Under the pieces are notes generated by a model. It did no database searches. It worked only from the letters and a program-made list of their open reading frames with translations, and was not told the DNA's origin. Shown here piece by piece: positions 26,548 through 40,977 of a stretch of 64,000 nucleotides of DNA; the first letter of the stretch is position 1, and every line of letters starts with the position of its first letter. Position numbers and translations under genes: made by a program. The stretch spans positions 16,306,001 through 16,370,000 of the forward strand of contig NC_135667.1 of NCBI RefSeq assembly GCF_964188315.1, in the 5' to 3' direction. This DNA is from Podarcis muralis (taxonomy: Eukaryota).

Positions 26548-27964
26548 TACAAGGTTTGCCAGGTACAAACCTGTGCCATAGCTGCACTTTTGGAAGGTCC
26601 AAAATTACAGGCACAGGGTGTTTTGTTCCAATGTGTCAAGCACAGTGGCTGCATCGGCTCTTGCAGAAGGATCCCAGGAGGTGATCTCTAGGGGTTCGGC
26701 TGTGACACTCCCTAAAAAAATGGGTGGGATCTTCTCCTGTTGTGTTTGCTCAGCTCTTGCTGCAGGCCGTTTTGGTAAGCTAGCCAAGTAAATATTCATC
26801 TTTTTTTAAAGCCAGACTGTGGAAGCCTGAGGCCTTCCAGGTGACATTAGGACTCCAACTCCCATCACCCCATATCATTTGCCATACTGGCTGGGGTTGA
26901 TGGGATTTGGAGTCCAAGAACAGCTGCAGGGCCACAGGTTCCCCAACACCTTCAATATTTCTGTTCCTTGAATGTCTTCAGGATGCTCCCGCCCCCCCCC
27001 CCTCAAGCAGCACCACATCTATTGCAAGAGACCATTCCCCCCTCCAAACTCTCTGCCTCTTGAGTCGAAGTAAACGTAGCTGAATGACTTTTAGTTGATT
27101 TAATCAATGGATTTAAATTTGTCTATGGGTGAAAGCAATTGCCCTGAAGCAAGAAGCAGACCTTTATTGCCTTAAAATCATTTGTGTGTGGATTCGTGTA
27201 GTGTAGCTACGGGTGGACTTCTCCTTCCCCCACCCTCTTAGCTAAGGAGGAAAGTTCAATTTTAAGGCAATGCTGGCCACCTGCAGTTTTTATACATTAA
27301 GAGATGAGGAAATGGCAGCTGTTGTATCTGTTGTATGCTTTCTCTTCCCATGAGGCCTTGATTCAACTTGACACCTGCACAGCCCCTCCCCAACCAAAAA
27401 GCCTCGTTTGAATAGCTGCTGCCTCTTCCCACATTCCATCTTTTAAGATTCTTCCCAGAGGCAGGCAGCATGGCTGCGCCCAGCCTCCCTTTCTTAGCTT
27501 GCTCCATAGCCCCAAAGAGTTCTAAGAAACTCAAACGCTTCCTCTTTGCTTTGTGACATGTTGCTTCACCTAATAATGGTAACCCCCTGCCCCCCCAGTA
27601 TGGATTCTAGAAAGTATTAAAAAATATTGGCCGGTATTCAGCTGAGTGCTGCTCATAATTGACAGCCTCTGAAATTTGCAAACCAGAGGCAGCAATCTTC
27701 ATCGCATTTACCCAGGAATTGGTCCCACTAAATTCAATAGGAGTTACTTCTAAGTAGACCGGGTTAGGATTACACTGTTCATTAAGTCCAGTGGATCTGC
27801 TATGAGTAAAATGTCATTGAATACCACCCATTATATTTATATCTGCTGCTCAATTAATTAAGTGGTTTTTATTGATTTAGGCCTAATCTGTTATTTTTCA
27901 TCAAACTTGTTATATAATGTCCACCACTCCTGTTTTTATATTGTGATGGCCTATGGTTAAATGC

Positions 27965-27970
27965 AATAAA
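27965..27970 (+). terminator. Candidate QPRT polyadenylation signal
   Basis: First AATAAA I found downstream of the QPRT stop, facing the MYL11 signal on the opposite strand. Confidence 0.4.
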
Positions 27971-28190
27971 TATGGAACACATACTTAATAATTAACTTTT
28001 TTTAGTGTGTTAATCTAATGGACTGACTAAACCCAGCATCCCTAACATGAGCAGAAATATAAATTGGTTTTTAAAAAAGAAGAAGATGTACCCACTGCAT
28101 GAATCCATTCCAGGAGTATTTGAATTTCAAACTGAGAGAAGTCAAAGAGACTGTAACCACAGGGGCGTTAGAAACAGAGGTGTCCTCATC

Positions 28191-28196
28191 TTTATT
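28191..28196 (-). terminator. Likely MYL11 polyadenylation signal
   Basis: tttatt on the + strand equals AATAAA on the - strand, ~240 nt after the stop codon. Confidence 0.6.
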
Positions 28197-28436
28197 AAGA
28201 CATTGTACGGAGGAAGGTCCCGGTTAGGTTAAGACAAGTTGAAGTGGGCACGGCTTTGGCTTTGGGGGGTATAGTTTTCCTCCCCAGATAATAATACTAA
28301 TAAATAACAGGTTTGACGTGTGTATTGCTGGGTTACAAAAGTGTGTGGATCGTCTGGGACCAGTGTAAGGTAAACTCCCCGGCCTGGGGGTGTTTGGGTG
28401 GATTCCCCCACAAAGCAAGGGTGGGGAAACCAGGGC

Positions 28437-31400
28437 TTATTCCCCTTCCTTGTCCTCTCCGTGTGTGATGACGTAGCAAATGTTCTTGTAGTCAACGTTG
28501 CCAGCTACATCTGGAGGGAAGGCGTGCCACATGTTCTTGATCTGAAAGAGGCAGAGAGGCCAAAATGAGAAGTTGCCCGATTCCTGATTCGGTTTCCCTT
28601 CCCAGGAAGCTAAAAAAAAGGTATACAGTACTCCCAAGTCAGTAAATGCATTGGTGTTATTTTCAATACAGATGTCTGAAAAGTTGGAGGGGCGGATGGG
28701 CATTCAGAAGCAGAGAAGCTGCTTGATGTCAATAACAGATTCACGATTTTACAAAGTTTTCCGCAGAACTGCAATGGCTGCTTCCATTTCCCCTCTGCCA
28801 ACCTCACCACCTCACTCTCAACTTAGTTCCGTCCTGCAATGGAATTGTAGCATTTAAACCATTGAATCACGGCACAGGCACACTGTTCTGTCCTAGGAGA
28901 GCCAGCATTTAACATTCCAGTGGCTGAGTATTTCCCTTCCTATCCAGATGAACATGAAGGCTACGACCCTAAATCCAGAAAGGACAGATAAACAGGAGTC
29001 AAGGGCAAGTCTATATAAAAGCTGCCCTTTCTGGCTGGGTGGTGTGTGGATGTGGGCTGTGAGATTATTTCGCAGTGACAGGAAAACACAATGCAAATTC
29101 TCAGAAGCCTTTCATGATGCCTTGATGTATTAACCATTAGCTTGGCAGATGAGTGGAGTGCGCAGAAGTGTACCCTTTTGTGTTTTTGGGGAAAGAGTAG
29201 CTCACAGGTGAAGAAAAATTGGTATGAAGGGGACAAGGGGGGAGCATAAAGGTGAGAAAAAGGACTGGATGTTCTGCATGATGCAAGGAAGTTCTCTTAC
29301 CTCTTCTGGGGTGAACCGGTCGCACTGGGTGGTCAGGAGTTCTTCCAAGCTGCAATGAAGCAAAGAGAGTAAGATGTTTGAGAGGGATTCCCAGGTAAGT
29401 GTGAGTCCTTTTTTAGGTGGTCTTCAAGCACTCCAGCCTCTTATTATGGAGAAGATCTGCTTCCCTGTCCCCTCCCAGTTTCACATAAGCTGAAAGCCCT
29501 CCCTGGTGGAAATATTTTTGCTTGGAAGAATGCTTTGTTCCACACACAAACATACATACAAAAGGCAACTGTTTCATAGGCAACAGAACCCTACATTTGA
29601 ATTCCATCATTGGAAGAACTTTAACCCTGCAACAGCATGCATTTAAAATTGCTATAACTCTTCCCAGGGCACTGTCATTTTATGAAAAAGGCCATGAAGC
29701 ACTAAGAAAAATCTCAAAGTCATCAGCAACGGTGGTTTGGTGAGGGTTCTGAATCCTCACAGACCTTACAGCTGCCAGAATGATTTCTGAAAGGAAGTCA
29801 TGACTATTAAACTAGTGTAAAATGAATTATATAAGTTTGTAGGATAGACAGCCAACATATCATCATCATCATTATCATCATCTGAGATGCAGCAGGATGG
29901 TTCAGACATAACAGCCTATACATGATGTCAGGTCCAAGTCCCAAGAGTGCATACTTCTTCCTCTCCAACCACAACTTGCTTTCAAATCTGAACAGACAAA
30001 CTATGGTTTGCATTTGCTTTCTAAACCACAATTGGAAATCATATTAGGAACCACATTCTGAAGTAGATTTGGAGGGCAAACACAAAACTTAAGCAAACGG
30101 GGGTTTGTTTGATCAGGTGAGTTGGGAAGGAAATGTGAGTGTGTTGGGGAGCACATGAACCCAGTGACAGCCAAGCAATGGTTTGGTGTCGCATGTTAAC
30201 CAGCGCAGCACATCTAAGGAAAGTGGTTTGTGGGGCAGATACTCACAACTGCTTCTTGACAGTGCCCTTGCCCTCAGGGTCCAGGATTTTGAAGGCGCCA
30301 ATGATTACGTCCTCGGGATCAGCACCTGGTGGGAGAAGAGGAGCCACAGTGAGATCTTGTCATCAAGCAGAGAAGAAGGAGAGATAGAACAGGGAAATAA
30401 CTTACCCTTCAGCTTCTCACCAAACATGGTGAGGAAGACAGTGAAGTTGATGGGGCCGCTGGCCTCCTTGATCATGGCATCCAGCTCCTCATTCTTCACG
30501 TTCAGGCGCCCTGCAGAGATGGGAAGGGCAGGATTATCAGCTGGGGGTGGCTTTTGAGAGTTCCATCAACAGCCAAGCTTTGCTTTCCTTCCTGCCCACC
30601 CTGCCACACTCTTTCAAGACTCCCTTTTTTCTTACCCATAGCAGCGAATGTATCTCTCAGGTCTTCCTTGTCAATGATGCCATCTCTGTTCTGGTCAATG
30701 ACAGTGAAGGCCTAGAAAGTGGGAGAGAAGCAAACATTGTGGGATTGCCGGCAATTCACCTCCAGCATTCCACCCTATCTCCCGACAAAAATGAATGTAG
30801 GATTTGTAGGGTAACTCTCCTTTGTAACAACTGTTGGATCTCGAATCTGTCCGCTCTCAAAAGGATTTCTAAAATGCGTGAACACACAGATCTGCACTGA
30901 AATTTCCAGTTCCAAAACTATATATAATACATACATGTAACTCAGCTTTAATTTAAATGGTGAGATATTGCTGGTCCTCTAAAGACCTGTTTGCACATGC
31001 ATGTTCAGCGCTTGATTCCTGCTACCTCAACTGACAGTTCTGCAGTTCTGAATAAAACACTACAGTTCAACCACCAGAGAAGAAAATGTCATACCACCTC
31101 AGAACCTGAAACACAAAACTTTTCAGGGAGTCGATTCGTAACACTCCGCTGGCAGTGACCATGTCACAAGACATGAACTTGTTTGTGTGACTGGGTTATA
31201 AGTTCATCAGTGGATGTGAGTGCAGTAGTTTTTACTGGAACCACAGATTGCTTTGTTGCTACACAATACCTATCCATTAGCAAAAGGAAGATCGCACACA
31301 CTCATGCCTGTGTTGACAGTACACATTTCAAGACCTTGGTTTCATCATGTAAATGTCCATGGCAAGGTGAACATACACCAGCCTTGAATGAACTTCCTTT

Positions 31401-34400
31401 GAAGGTTAATTTTGACTTCTGGGAAGAATATTAAAAGGAGTGTTCTGACTTATGATTTTTGCTTGAATCCAAAGTTGTGGCTATGGGATAAACAAGACCC
31501 TCTTGGAGTGTCAGTGCTGTGAACCTCTCCATCGTAGGCTCAGATTATATATATGTGTAAATAAACCCTAAATCCTAAAGACACCACCGTCTCTGCTGTG
31601 CCACATTTCCAAAAGGAAACCTGAACCCTGGGTGCCTGGAACCCCTGGAATCTCACACCACTCCGAGATTGGGGTGGCGTCTAACAAAACGTTGGCTGTG
31701 GCTGGTGGGAGTTGTACAACCTATGGGGGGCACAAGGCTACTGGCCAACAGAATGGAATACCGGTATGTTTGTGGCTTCTAACAATCGAAAAAGCTGCTG
31801 CAATGCAAGGGAGAATCAAATCCAGTCTTTATTGTTACAATCAATGGCCAGCATTGTTCAAAGAAGAATGAAACATTAACCTGGGGTCATCAAGCATTGG
31901 GCAAAAAACAGTAGTTATAGCCGCCCACTATATAATTTACTCAAGGAGGTTGCCAGACGTCTTATCTCTGGAATTTTAATGAGCTGACAGGACGGTTAAA
32001 GTTAAAGGAGTTCCAGAAAACGTGACCCAGGTTGGACCCCAAATCTCTTCACCCTCTTCCAGTCGTCTTCTATTGATGCTTATATCTAGCAATGCATTGT
32101 GGGATTGGAGAAAGACCAGCTTCCAGCACAGCACGATCCCGTTGGGCCTCTCCTCCCCCTCCTCACTTCTCTGCAGCTGTGCCCTAGAGACACCTGTCAC
32201 TTGATACCCCTCCGAGTCTCTACCAGGAATGGGAACAATCTTCTTCTGTCTCATATTAAACCCAGGGCCCCTCCCTAAGGGGACAGATGGAACATTCCAG
32301 AGGAGCTGTTGATGAGATCTCTGGAGGATAGCAGGGAGGGGAGGGGAGCTCACTCCTTCCTTGGCTCAGTCACTATTATCCTCTGGGGCTGTGTGGCGTG
32401 TCTCTTTCCCGTAAAAAAACATGGAACAACCCCCAACCCACCCGAGCTACAGTGAATGCAGAATGGAGAGGCAGAGGAGCTCCCAACACACTCTTCATTT
32501 TAAAGGCAATAATTACAATTGTGTGGTGGTAGTAATTGCCTCATCTCAGCACCTCAGCTTTGTCACTTGAGTGCTGGGGGCGAACAATCTTTTTGTATAA
32601 AAGCTGAACGTGCAGTCCTCCAAAATGGTACTCACTGAGGGGAGAAACTCTTAGCTACTCTTGGGCAGGTGTGGAGAGAGACAACGTAGCTGCCACTGCC
32701 ATAGGACAATGGAACCCAAAAAATACACCATAGCATAAGGCTGGCTATATAATTTTCCCTTATATCAAGTCAGGCCATTGAGCCACCTTAGCCAAGAGTT
32801 GCTGTTCCAACTGGAGGTGTTTCCAGACAACCTGTTTATTGAGCATTCACCCCTAATTTGTTTACAGGGAGATTAGACAAAGCTGGCTATTCAAGAAGCA
32901 TTCGTTCTGAATAGTTTGCGGGGAGTAAATGTCACCTCATACTTTCCAGTCCAGTCTCCCATCACAGTCGCAGGGTTGTTTTGAGGATAAACTGGGAGAT
33001 GGAGGCGGGTTGGGGAACAGCCATTATCGCTACCCCAAGCTGCTTAGAGGGAGGTGGTCTAGAAAGGTCATCGACAATAAATGGCCCGGCGGCCAAGGAT
33101 CAGTTCTTTTCACCAAATGTATTGATTGAAAGTGGGTTGTCATCAAAAAAGTAAAAAAGCTGAAAATGCTCATTGACCAGGATGGAGGAAAGAGAAAGGA
33201 ACAAGACTGATGGAACTCCCCAGACAGATGGAATGATAATTATTTTCCTGTTGCTCTTTTGATTTCTTTTCTCCAAATGTGAGATCTAGATGAAGGGTTT
33301 TCAGCCTTTGCAATTTTTGCTTTCATTGAGTCTGGAGCCCCACAGCTCCTCTTTCAGGCCAGTCACCCAGAATCCATCTCCAAAGATTTCCTTGTAAGGA
33401 GCTGCCGCCTGCTTCTCTGTCCAAGCGCAGATGTCACCTACCTTCTTGGTCCTCCCTCACCCAAAATAGACACTGCTGCGTCTCAAGGGTCTCAGAAAGG
33501 AAACACCGCCATTCTTGGGGTGGGGGTGGGGTGTCGAGGGGCAGCAGCGACGGCTGCGAAAGGGCAAGGGAGATCCTCTTCAAAATGGAGGGGAAGAATC
33601 TCATCCATGGGGGGGGGGGCGAGCTTCACATGGAAAGCTCTCACCGCCACCACCGCCACCACACCAGCTTCCAAGTGGAATGAACCTGGCTGGCTACTAG
33701 GAGACAGAGGGCTACTTAAATGGTGTGTAGAGGGAGAGGAAGGGGGTAGATCCACCTCAAAAAGGGTGGTGTTGAACACCTTCCAAGGCTGCAACCCTGC
33801 ACATGCTTACTTGCTCGCTGTGGGGCTTCCTTCTGAATAAACATGCCTAGGGTTGTACTGCACAACTAACTAGGTGGTGTTTGATAGTTTCAGCTCCTCT
33901 GAGGTTCTGTATCCTACAGACACCAAGGAACTTGCTTAGGATAACTTGGCCAAATTATAGCACCCATGGATTCCTTCTTCCGTTCTCCCTCCTTTAGGAA
34001 ACCCTCTAGAACTTGTAGATGTCTGCCGTTCTCAACATCTGATGAATCCTGAACAGTGAAAGGGCTAAAGTGAAGCTTGAGAAGGGAAATTAGTGAGGTC
34101 TGGGCCTCCATGTATGAAACTGGGTGGACAGAAGCTGCTCCATTTTAAAAGGTTTGATTCTATCCAATCAATCTGCCACAGATGTGTTACTTTTAAATAA
34201 TCCACAGATGAAAATTCTGGACTCTGTAGATTTCTTACGGTCAGAACATCCTTCCGCATAGCTTACTTAGGTTCTTTTCCCAATCGGGTGGTCCTCAAAA
34301 TTAAATTTCTATCCTGTTCCAAGGAGGTGATCTATAGGTTTGAGTCTGTTATTATCAGGATTATTAATAACTTTTGTATCCTTCTGATTTCTGGATGAGA

Positions 34401-37186
34401 CTTACATGCCCACAATAAAGCAGCTTCTCTCCAAACACTGAGTCTGTAATCCCGCTTTACCTTGGAGTTCAGTCCCATTAAACTCTATGGGACTTACTTC
34501 TGAGTAGATATTTATAGGATTACACCGTTGCTGTGTACACACCATACATTTAAAGCACATTTAAAGCATGCCCCACCCAATGAATCCTGGGAACTGTAGT
34601 CACCTTCATTTCTAGTACCTTGAAAAAAACATCCTTTCTGTCAATGACTTTCTCAAACATCTTCAATGAATAGTTCCAGGTAAGCTTTAAGAGCACCATA
34701 CATTACATTTCCCAGCAAGCTGCACAGTTCCCATTTTCTCCTCTTCCATTTCTTCTTAGTTTCTTACCTCTTTGAACTCCTGGATTTGTGTTTGGTCAAA
34801 CATGGAGAATACATTGGAGCTTCCTCCTTCGGCTGCTGCCCTTCTCTTTGCCTTTTTGGGTGCCTGTAATGGGTTAAAATGGGAAATCAGACCACTAAGT
34901 ACATGACCACCCGAAATGCTTATTAAGGATAGGGGACAGGGGCCGCACTTTCTGCAGGTTTCTAGAGTGTGAAATGTTGCGAGCTTGCTGAACATAGTTA
35001 AGGGGGTGGGGAGGGAAATGAAATAATTTTATACATTTCTGTCCGGGTAGGAGGGAAATGTCTGGAAGCAGTTTCTGCTCATTTTTATTTTTTTATTATT
35101 ACAGAGGGTGGGGGTTATTTTTTCAGATTCAAAACAGGATGCTACCAAACTTTCCACAGACATGGGGAGCAGGATGAAGGCCCAGGAGATTCCAAAATGC
35201 TTGGTTATGGTAGCAAAGGTTTTAAAAACTGGGAGGAAAAGAAGATCCTTTGACGAACAAACTCAGAACTTTAGATAGTGTTTGCGAAATGGCAGGAACA
35301 ACAAATGCTGCTTCAGGTGGAGGAGCTGTAATATATCATATTCAAGGTATTTCCTCAAAATCTTCAACGTATTAGTCTGAGATGCGTTTGTGAGAGTGAG
35401 TGACAGAGAGAGAGATGTGTTCAGCAAATGTAAACTAGCCTTGTGTGTCCTGCAGAAATTGCCTACATATTCTAGCTTCCAAAAATGCTTTTTATAGGTT
35501 TTGACGACTAAATAAATGAACGCTGATGAGGTTCTGGAAGATTCCGCAGATGCGGGAGAAACCGCAAAAGGCCCCAATGAAAGAGGGTTCCAGTTATTGG
35601 AATTTATCAAAGTTCACAAACTAGGCCTCCTCCTTGGAGGTTGGTTGGAGCATGAGGTTAAATGGAGCTCTAAGGAGTGTTGGCAAGGCGTACACAATTC
35701 CTTCTGAACACTCCTGCAATATATTGGTCTGGCTGATCGGATATGAACAGGGTGCACTTTGGCCTCATAAGAGATCGAAGGCAGCAAAGGAGTTTGAGCA
35801 ATAGCTGAGCTGGGTGGCAGGGTTGAGGTTTACCTAGGTAAGTGTATATGTCAAAGGATTCGGGAAATCTCTAACATACCACAGAAGATGGAGCTGACAC
35901 ACACACACAGAGACAATTAAGTTGTATCTCTTCGACTGCCACCCTATATACAATTACTTGGGTGTAAGCCCCACTGAAATCACTGGGGCTTACTTCCGGG
36001 CAGTCATACATAGGATTTCTCAGCGAATACCAATAGATGAGCCATTGATGGATTGAACAGCCAAGGGCGGCAATGGGTTATTTTTGCCTGCAATGTGTGT
36101 GAGGGGTTGCTTGGCTCGCTTGCGTGAGCAATCTGGAGTGATTGCTTCCTAAGCAGGTTTTGCAGTACACTGGCTCTCTTGTGCTAGTGACAGCCTGTGA
36201 CTTGGATCTCAAAATATGAGGGGTGTGTGTGTGTGTATTGGTGAAGTGACAAGCCACACAAGAGACTCTGAGGGCAAAAAGAAGAAAAAGCATACTCCTT
36301 GTGCTTCTTTGTTCCAAAACCAAAACTGTTCCACGGTATCCCTTGATTCCAGCTCCTTTGCTTTGGATTTTGTGGCGCCGCCAGGAATATGACTCCTGAA
36401 GCTTTTGTCTGCTCAGCAACCGCTCAGCTGCTCTTTACACACACACACACACACACACACTCTCTCTCTCTCTATTCAATATGGGGTCCAACTAATTCCC
36501 AGCTGAGTAAACTGTTCTACTGCATTATTCAAGAAAAAAGAGCATGATATGGTTATTCAGGGCCTGAAAGGATTCCCTGGTGAATTTAAAGGTGCCTAGC
36601 TCAGCAAAGGAAATAAGATCTTAAGGAAGGCTAGCCAGAAAGCAAGGAAGGATGTGAAATAATCCTATTTAACATGACATTCTGCATGCGGTTTAGGCTT
36701 CATCTTTCCCTTCCCCTCGTCAAAAGCTGTTCTTCCCAGCTGCTATCTGGCATCCCACCTCATTCAACTACCCCCAATCTCTCCTCGATTGCTCCGAGGT
36801 ATTCCCTGAACACACACATCTCTTCTGCACAGACAATAAAATGTTTAAGTGGAAAGAAACTGAAACGGAGAGATGAGACAGAGAAAGAGAGTAGTGAAGA
36901 AACCGATGAAAGGAGAAATAGGTAAGAGAAAGACCTGTATAGCACTGTTTTGGCAATGAAATAAAATTTTAGAAAATTGGTAAGGGGATTCCTCTGTCCC
37001 CCACTCTCCAACACCCAACCTCTTGGGTGTTCAGTTATGTATTTCATCTACATAACCTGAATGACCTAGTCTTCCCCTCCTATTTGAAAGAAAAGAGCTG
37101 CAGATTGATCAACCCACGTTCCATTTTATTTCCACTTTGTACATTTCCACTAGATTGAACCAGGGCACCTGCACCCCACTTACCAT
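28437..37186 (-). CDS. MYL11: Myosin regulatory light chain 11 (fast skeletal MLC2, MYLPF), 170 aa
   Basis: Exons 37186-37184 (ATG|gtaagt), 34863-34768, 30711-30636, 30510-30406, 30325-30247, 29349-29301 and 28541-28437 (513 nt). Protein [51 protein letters not shown] (EF hand) ... [17 protein letters not shown]. Confidence 0.96.
31087..31686 (+). mobile_element. Probable solo LTR in MYL11 intron 2
   Basis: TG...CA termini (tgtcatacc ... gtctaaca), a TATA-like tatatatat followed by AATAAA (~31559), and imperfect aaaa/aaac flanks. The left boundary is uncertain. Confidence 0.45.
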
Positions 37187-37269
37187 TTTGGTTTCTCAGC
37201 GGACAGGCAGGTGGGCAAACAGCAGCTGTGGGTGCGGTGGGGATGTCCCAAGGGCCAGAAGGATGAGCA

Positions 37270-37345
37270 GCCTAGACACAGGCTGTGAATTCCCCTGGGG
37301 TTATATAGACTCCCCTGGCGGGAGGCGGGGCAGCTAACTATAGCC
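37270..37345 (-). promoter_or_regulatory. MYL11 core promoter
   Basis: TATATAA on the minus strand at 37307-37301, a GC box (gggaggcgggg) and a MEF2-like CTAACTATAG at 37334-37343, ~115-155 nt upstream of the ATG exon. Confidence 0.65.
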
Positions 37346-39879
37346 ACATCTTCAAGTTTGGCTCCAGAGCTGGGGGTGGGGGGTAACCAAAGTCCAGAAA
37401 TAGACTCCAGAGGAACGCAAACGGGCCAACTCCTTTCTTGGAGAAGGGAAAAAGCATACTGGGGTTTTGACAGTTCCTGCCCCAGAAATCTTGCTATCAC
37501 AGGGGTTCGTGGTAGTACCCCACCTTCTCCCAGAGTAGGTCCTGCGTCTACCCAGTTTGGTGTCAGGGTGAACCTCTGGCTCTGGCTTAGGGCTCCACTG
37601 ATCTTTTGCCAGGACTCAAAAGCTTCAACTGGGGTTATTTGTGACTTGCATCATCAATTTGCATTATAAGGTATGAGAGGGCAGGTCGCCGCCACGAGGT
37701 GTTTACAATCTAAAGTGTGACTCGGGGGAGACAACCGAGGAAATGGAGAGAAGGGGATTGTGGGGGAAGACAAAGAAGAGAACCGTGCATTTATTTCACC
37801 TGCACACGGTACGTCGGTATAGTTAAGGTGAAGCTATGTATGCCAAAGCCTTTGCAGGAAATTTGTTTTTTTAATTCCTTGTATGAAATTCAGGGATCAG
37901 GGGCTAACTATTTTGTCAGACTTGATATACAAGGATGGCCAATGTGGTACCCTCCAGATTATCCCATAATCCCTAGTCACTGGAAATTGTAGTTAAAACA
38001 TCTGGAAGGCACCACACTGGAAGACACCCACAGTAAGATTTGCACTATCCCATGGGCCTTGAGCTTGGCAGCTACTCTTAAAAGCTCAGCCCCACTCCCT
38101 AGCCCCGGAGGTTCTCTGTGGGACCTCTGTTGCCTGGCCTCCATCATGGGCTGAGAAAATTTCAGCTCCTCACTCCCATTTCCTTGCCTCAGAGGTCCTC
38201 AATATCCGCCTTCTTCCCTTTGGCCCTCTCCCTACCCTTCCTCCCAGCCAAGGGTATCCAATGTCCCTGAGAAAATTTCCTTTTTGGGATTGTGGGACCC
38301 AGCTGTCGCTTGCAAGGCACCCAGGCTGGAGTAGAGGCTCCTAAAGATAGCAATCTTGAGCTTCCTCCCCACTCCACTGCGGACAAAGCTACGGGAGGCC
38401 CTGTCCATTCATCCCCCTACTTCACCCACTTATTCCTAGTTATTTCCCCTCAAAAGAGCCCCAGTTATAGCCCCAGCATGTGCTGTAAGGGCAGAGAGAG
38501 GGAGAATGTGAGAGAAGGAAAATGGAAGGGTGAAAGCCGTGAGTACCTGCAACTCTTCAAAGATCAGCTTGATTGCTAGAACAGGGACTGGGAACTAGAG
38601 ATCCCAAGGGCAAAATGCAGACCTTGGGTACCACAGCTGCACATTTGGAGGCAAGGGGTGTGTGAAGAGGGTGCTGTAACCACAGAAACAACTTGGATAC
38701 AGCTTTTTTTTTTTTTTTTTTAGGAGGGGGATCCCTTCCTTAGTAGCCCTCCTGTCAACAAATTGGTGACCATGGAGACCTTCTGATTTAAAAGCGGACA
38801 GAATAATTGACCAGATTTCCAACATCAGTAGGGACATGGGCCCATGTAATGTTACCTTCCCACCTTTCACTGCAAACTTGCAGAACACAGCATGAAGTAA
38901 GGAAAAGGAACAACTCAGCAGCAAAGTGATGGAATACAGTGATAGAGCACTAGTATCTTCCCAGTTCCTGGGAAAGTTGCACGTGGATGAGAAAGACAGA
39001 GGACCTCTCCAGATGTCTTTTAAAAGTTGTAAATTCGTGATTATTTGAGCTCACAATGGTAGTGGGGAGGTTCTGCATGATCCCACTTTCAATACTATTT
39101 ATGCCTGCAAAAGTTTTGGGGGCGGACATGCTGTTTTCTTTCCAATCAGTGAGTGTCCTGTAGACTCTTGCTGAAAAGAGTAACTTTTCATACCACAGAT
39201 ATTCCAGGGTGGATGGAAGGCTGCTTGCCCCACTTTTTTGTACTACGGCACAAGAAAGCCTTCCCAGGTGGCAATGATAAGGTCTCTTTCAGGAAGCATT
39301 GCAAAACTAATACAGTGGAATAGTCTGCAGACTGTCTAGCAGATTGGGGTATGAATTTGCCACTCCCTTTCAGGACCTTTCCAGACTGGTGGTTCGTTTT
39401 TCGCATTCCGAAACATGTCATGTAAACTCATCGCTAACACAATTATTGCATCAATGACGTGTTTCAGAATGCAACAGACAGACAGTCTGGAAGGGTCCTG
39501 AAAGAGAGAGCGGTAAATGGGGGTGGTGCAAGGGGAGAGACATAAAAACGCAGAAAAACACGGAGAGAAGGAACAAAGACAAAAGAAAGAAAAGGAGGTG
39601 GCGGCGGAGAAGATTTGAGTGAGACATACCAGTGGGTCAGGTGGGTGGAGGGTGAGAATTGACATTTTTGCTAAGGTGTAGAAAAGCGCAAGAAGGGAAG
39701 AGCCCATCAGCTCAGCTCAGGGTAACCTGACCTACTAAGGCCTTTTGCAGCTATCCGTGCTGAGCTGACACATCCTCCTCCTGGACACATACCCAAAATG
39801 GAAGGTGATATTCTGTTAGCTTGGAGTCATACCTTCTGTACTTCCAGCCTGGAAATAAAGCGCAAGGGTCCTGGCACCC

Positions 39880-40080
39880 TGGAGTGTAAGAAGCTGTCTT
39901 ATTCCAAGCTAGACTGTTGGTCCATCTAGCTCAGGGTCATCCACACTAATTGGCAGCAGCTCTCCAGGGTTTGGGGCAGGAAGTCTTTTCTCAGACTGAC
40001 TCAAGAGATGCTGAGGATTGAACCTGGGACCTTCTGAATGCAAAGCACATGCTCTACCACTGAGCTACAGCCCTTCCCTT
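39880..40080 (-). mobile_element. tRNA-derived SINE (Squam3-like), antisense
   Basis: gaggattgaacctgggaccttctgaatgcaaagcacatgctctaccactgagctacag is the reverse complement of the SINE head. Confidence 0.75.
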
Positions 40081-40291
40081 GAGCACACATGCCACCTGAA
40101 GACTCTGTAATTTACAGTGGCAAGGCCTGCCTGCAATTGGTGCAGCTTTTCCTAACAATGTGGAAATTGATACCATGGAATTCCTTCCTAGCACACAGCT
40201 GTTGAAAGGTAATGAAACTTGCCAGGGAAAAAGGATAAACTTTATAACTTGGTTAATGTAAATCTGTACATATCTAAAATCAGTCGGATAA

Positions 40292-40517
40292 CAGTGGTAC
40301 CTCAGGTTAAGTACTTAATTCGTTCTGGAGGTCCGTTCTTAACCTGAAGCTGTTCTTAACCTGAAGCACCACTTTAGCTAATGGGGCCTCCTGCTGCCGC
40401 CGCGCTGCCACAGCACGATTTCTGTTCTCATCCTGAAGCAAAGTTCTTAACCCGAGGTACTATTTCTGGGTTAGCGGAGTCTGTAACCTGAAGCGTATGT
40501 AACCCGAGGTACCACTG
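40292..40517. mobile_element. Tc1/mariner MITE
   Basis: Same family as 26317-26547. TIR cagtggtacctc / gaggtaccactg followed by TA. Confidence 0.88.
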
Positions 40518-40977
40518 TATATTAAAAATGGCGGGGAGGAGACCAACACTGATCTGTTTTTTTAAAAAAAAAATAATCTTGTTCGTCAGATAAGGTGGCC
40601 ATGTGTCTCTCTTTGCAGAGGATAGTCCTCTGTAGGACTGCCTGCTCAAAATCTAGTTTAAATATGAAAGAAGCCCAAGAAGGGAGAAGAGGGTTCTTGA
40701 AGTTGCTCATGAACAGTTAGCACCTGAAGAACAAAGCACAGGTCACCTGGTCAGTCTTCCCCACTATGGTGAGATGCATCAGACATGTATTTAAATTATA
40801 AAACTTCCTAAATTTGCATCTCTCTCTATAAAGTAGTATATGCAGATTTTTATGTAAATCTTTGCCTTCTTTTCATGATGCATTTCCTCTTTTTAAAGGA
40901 ACTTGTAGGTGGCTACTTTCTATTCAGCTTAAAAAGGCTCCCAGCACAGATAAGACCTGGGAATCCTTGCCTCTAGT

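Noticed and set aside
31976-32353. 125-aa minus-strand ORF in MYL11 intron 2
   Set aside because: No recognisable domain, no supportive splice or Kozak context, and a length compatible with chance.
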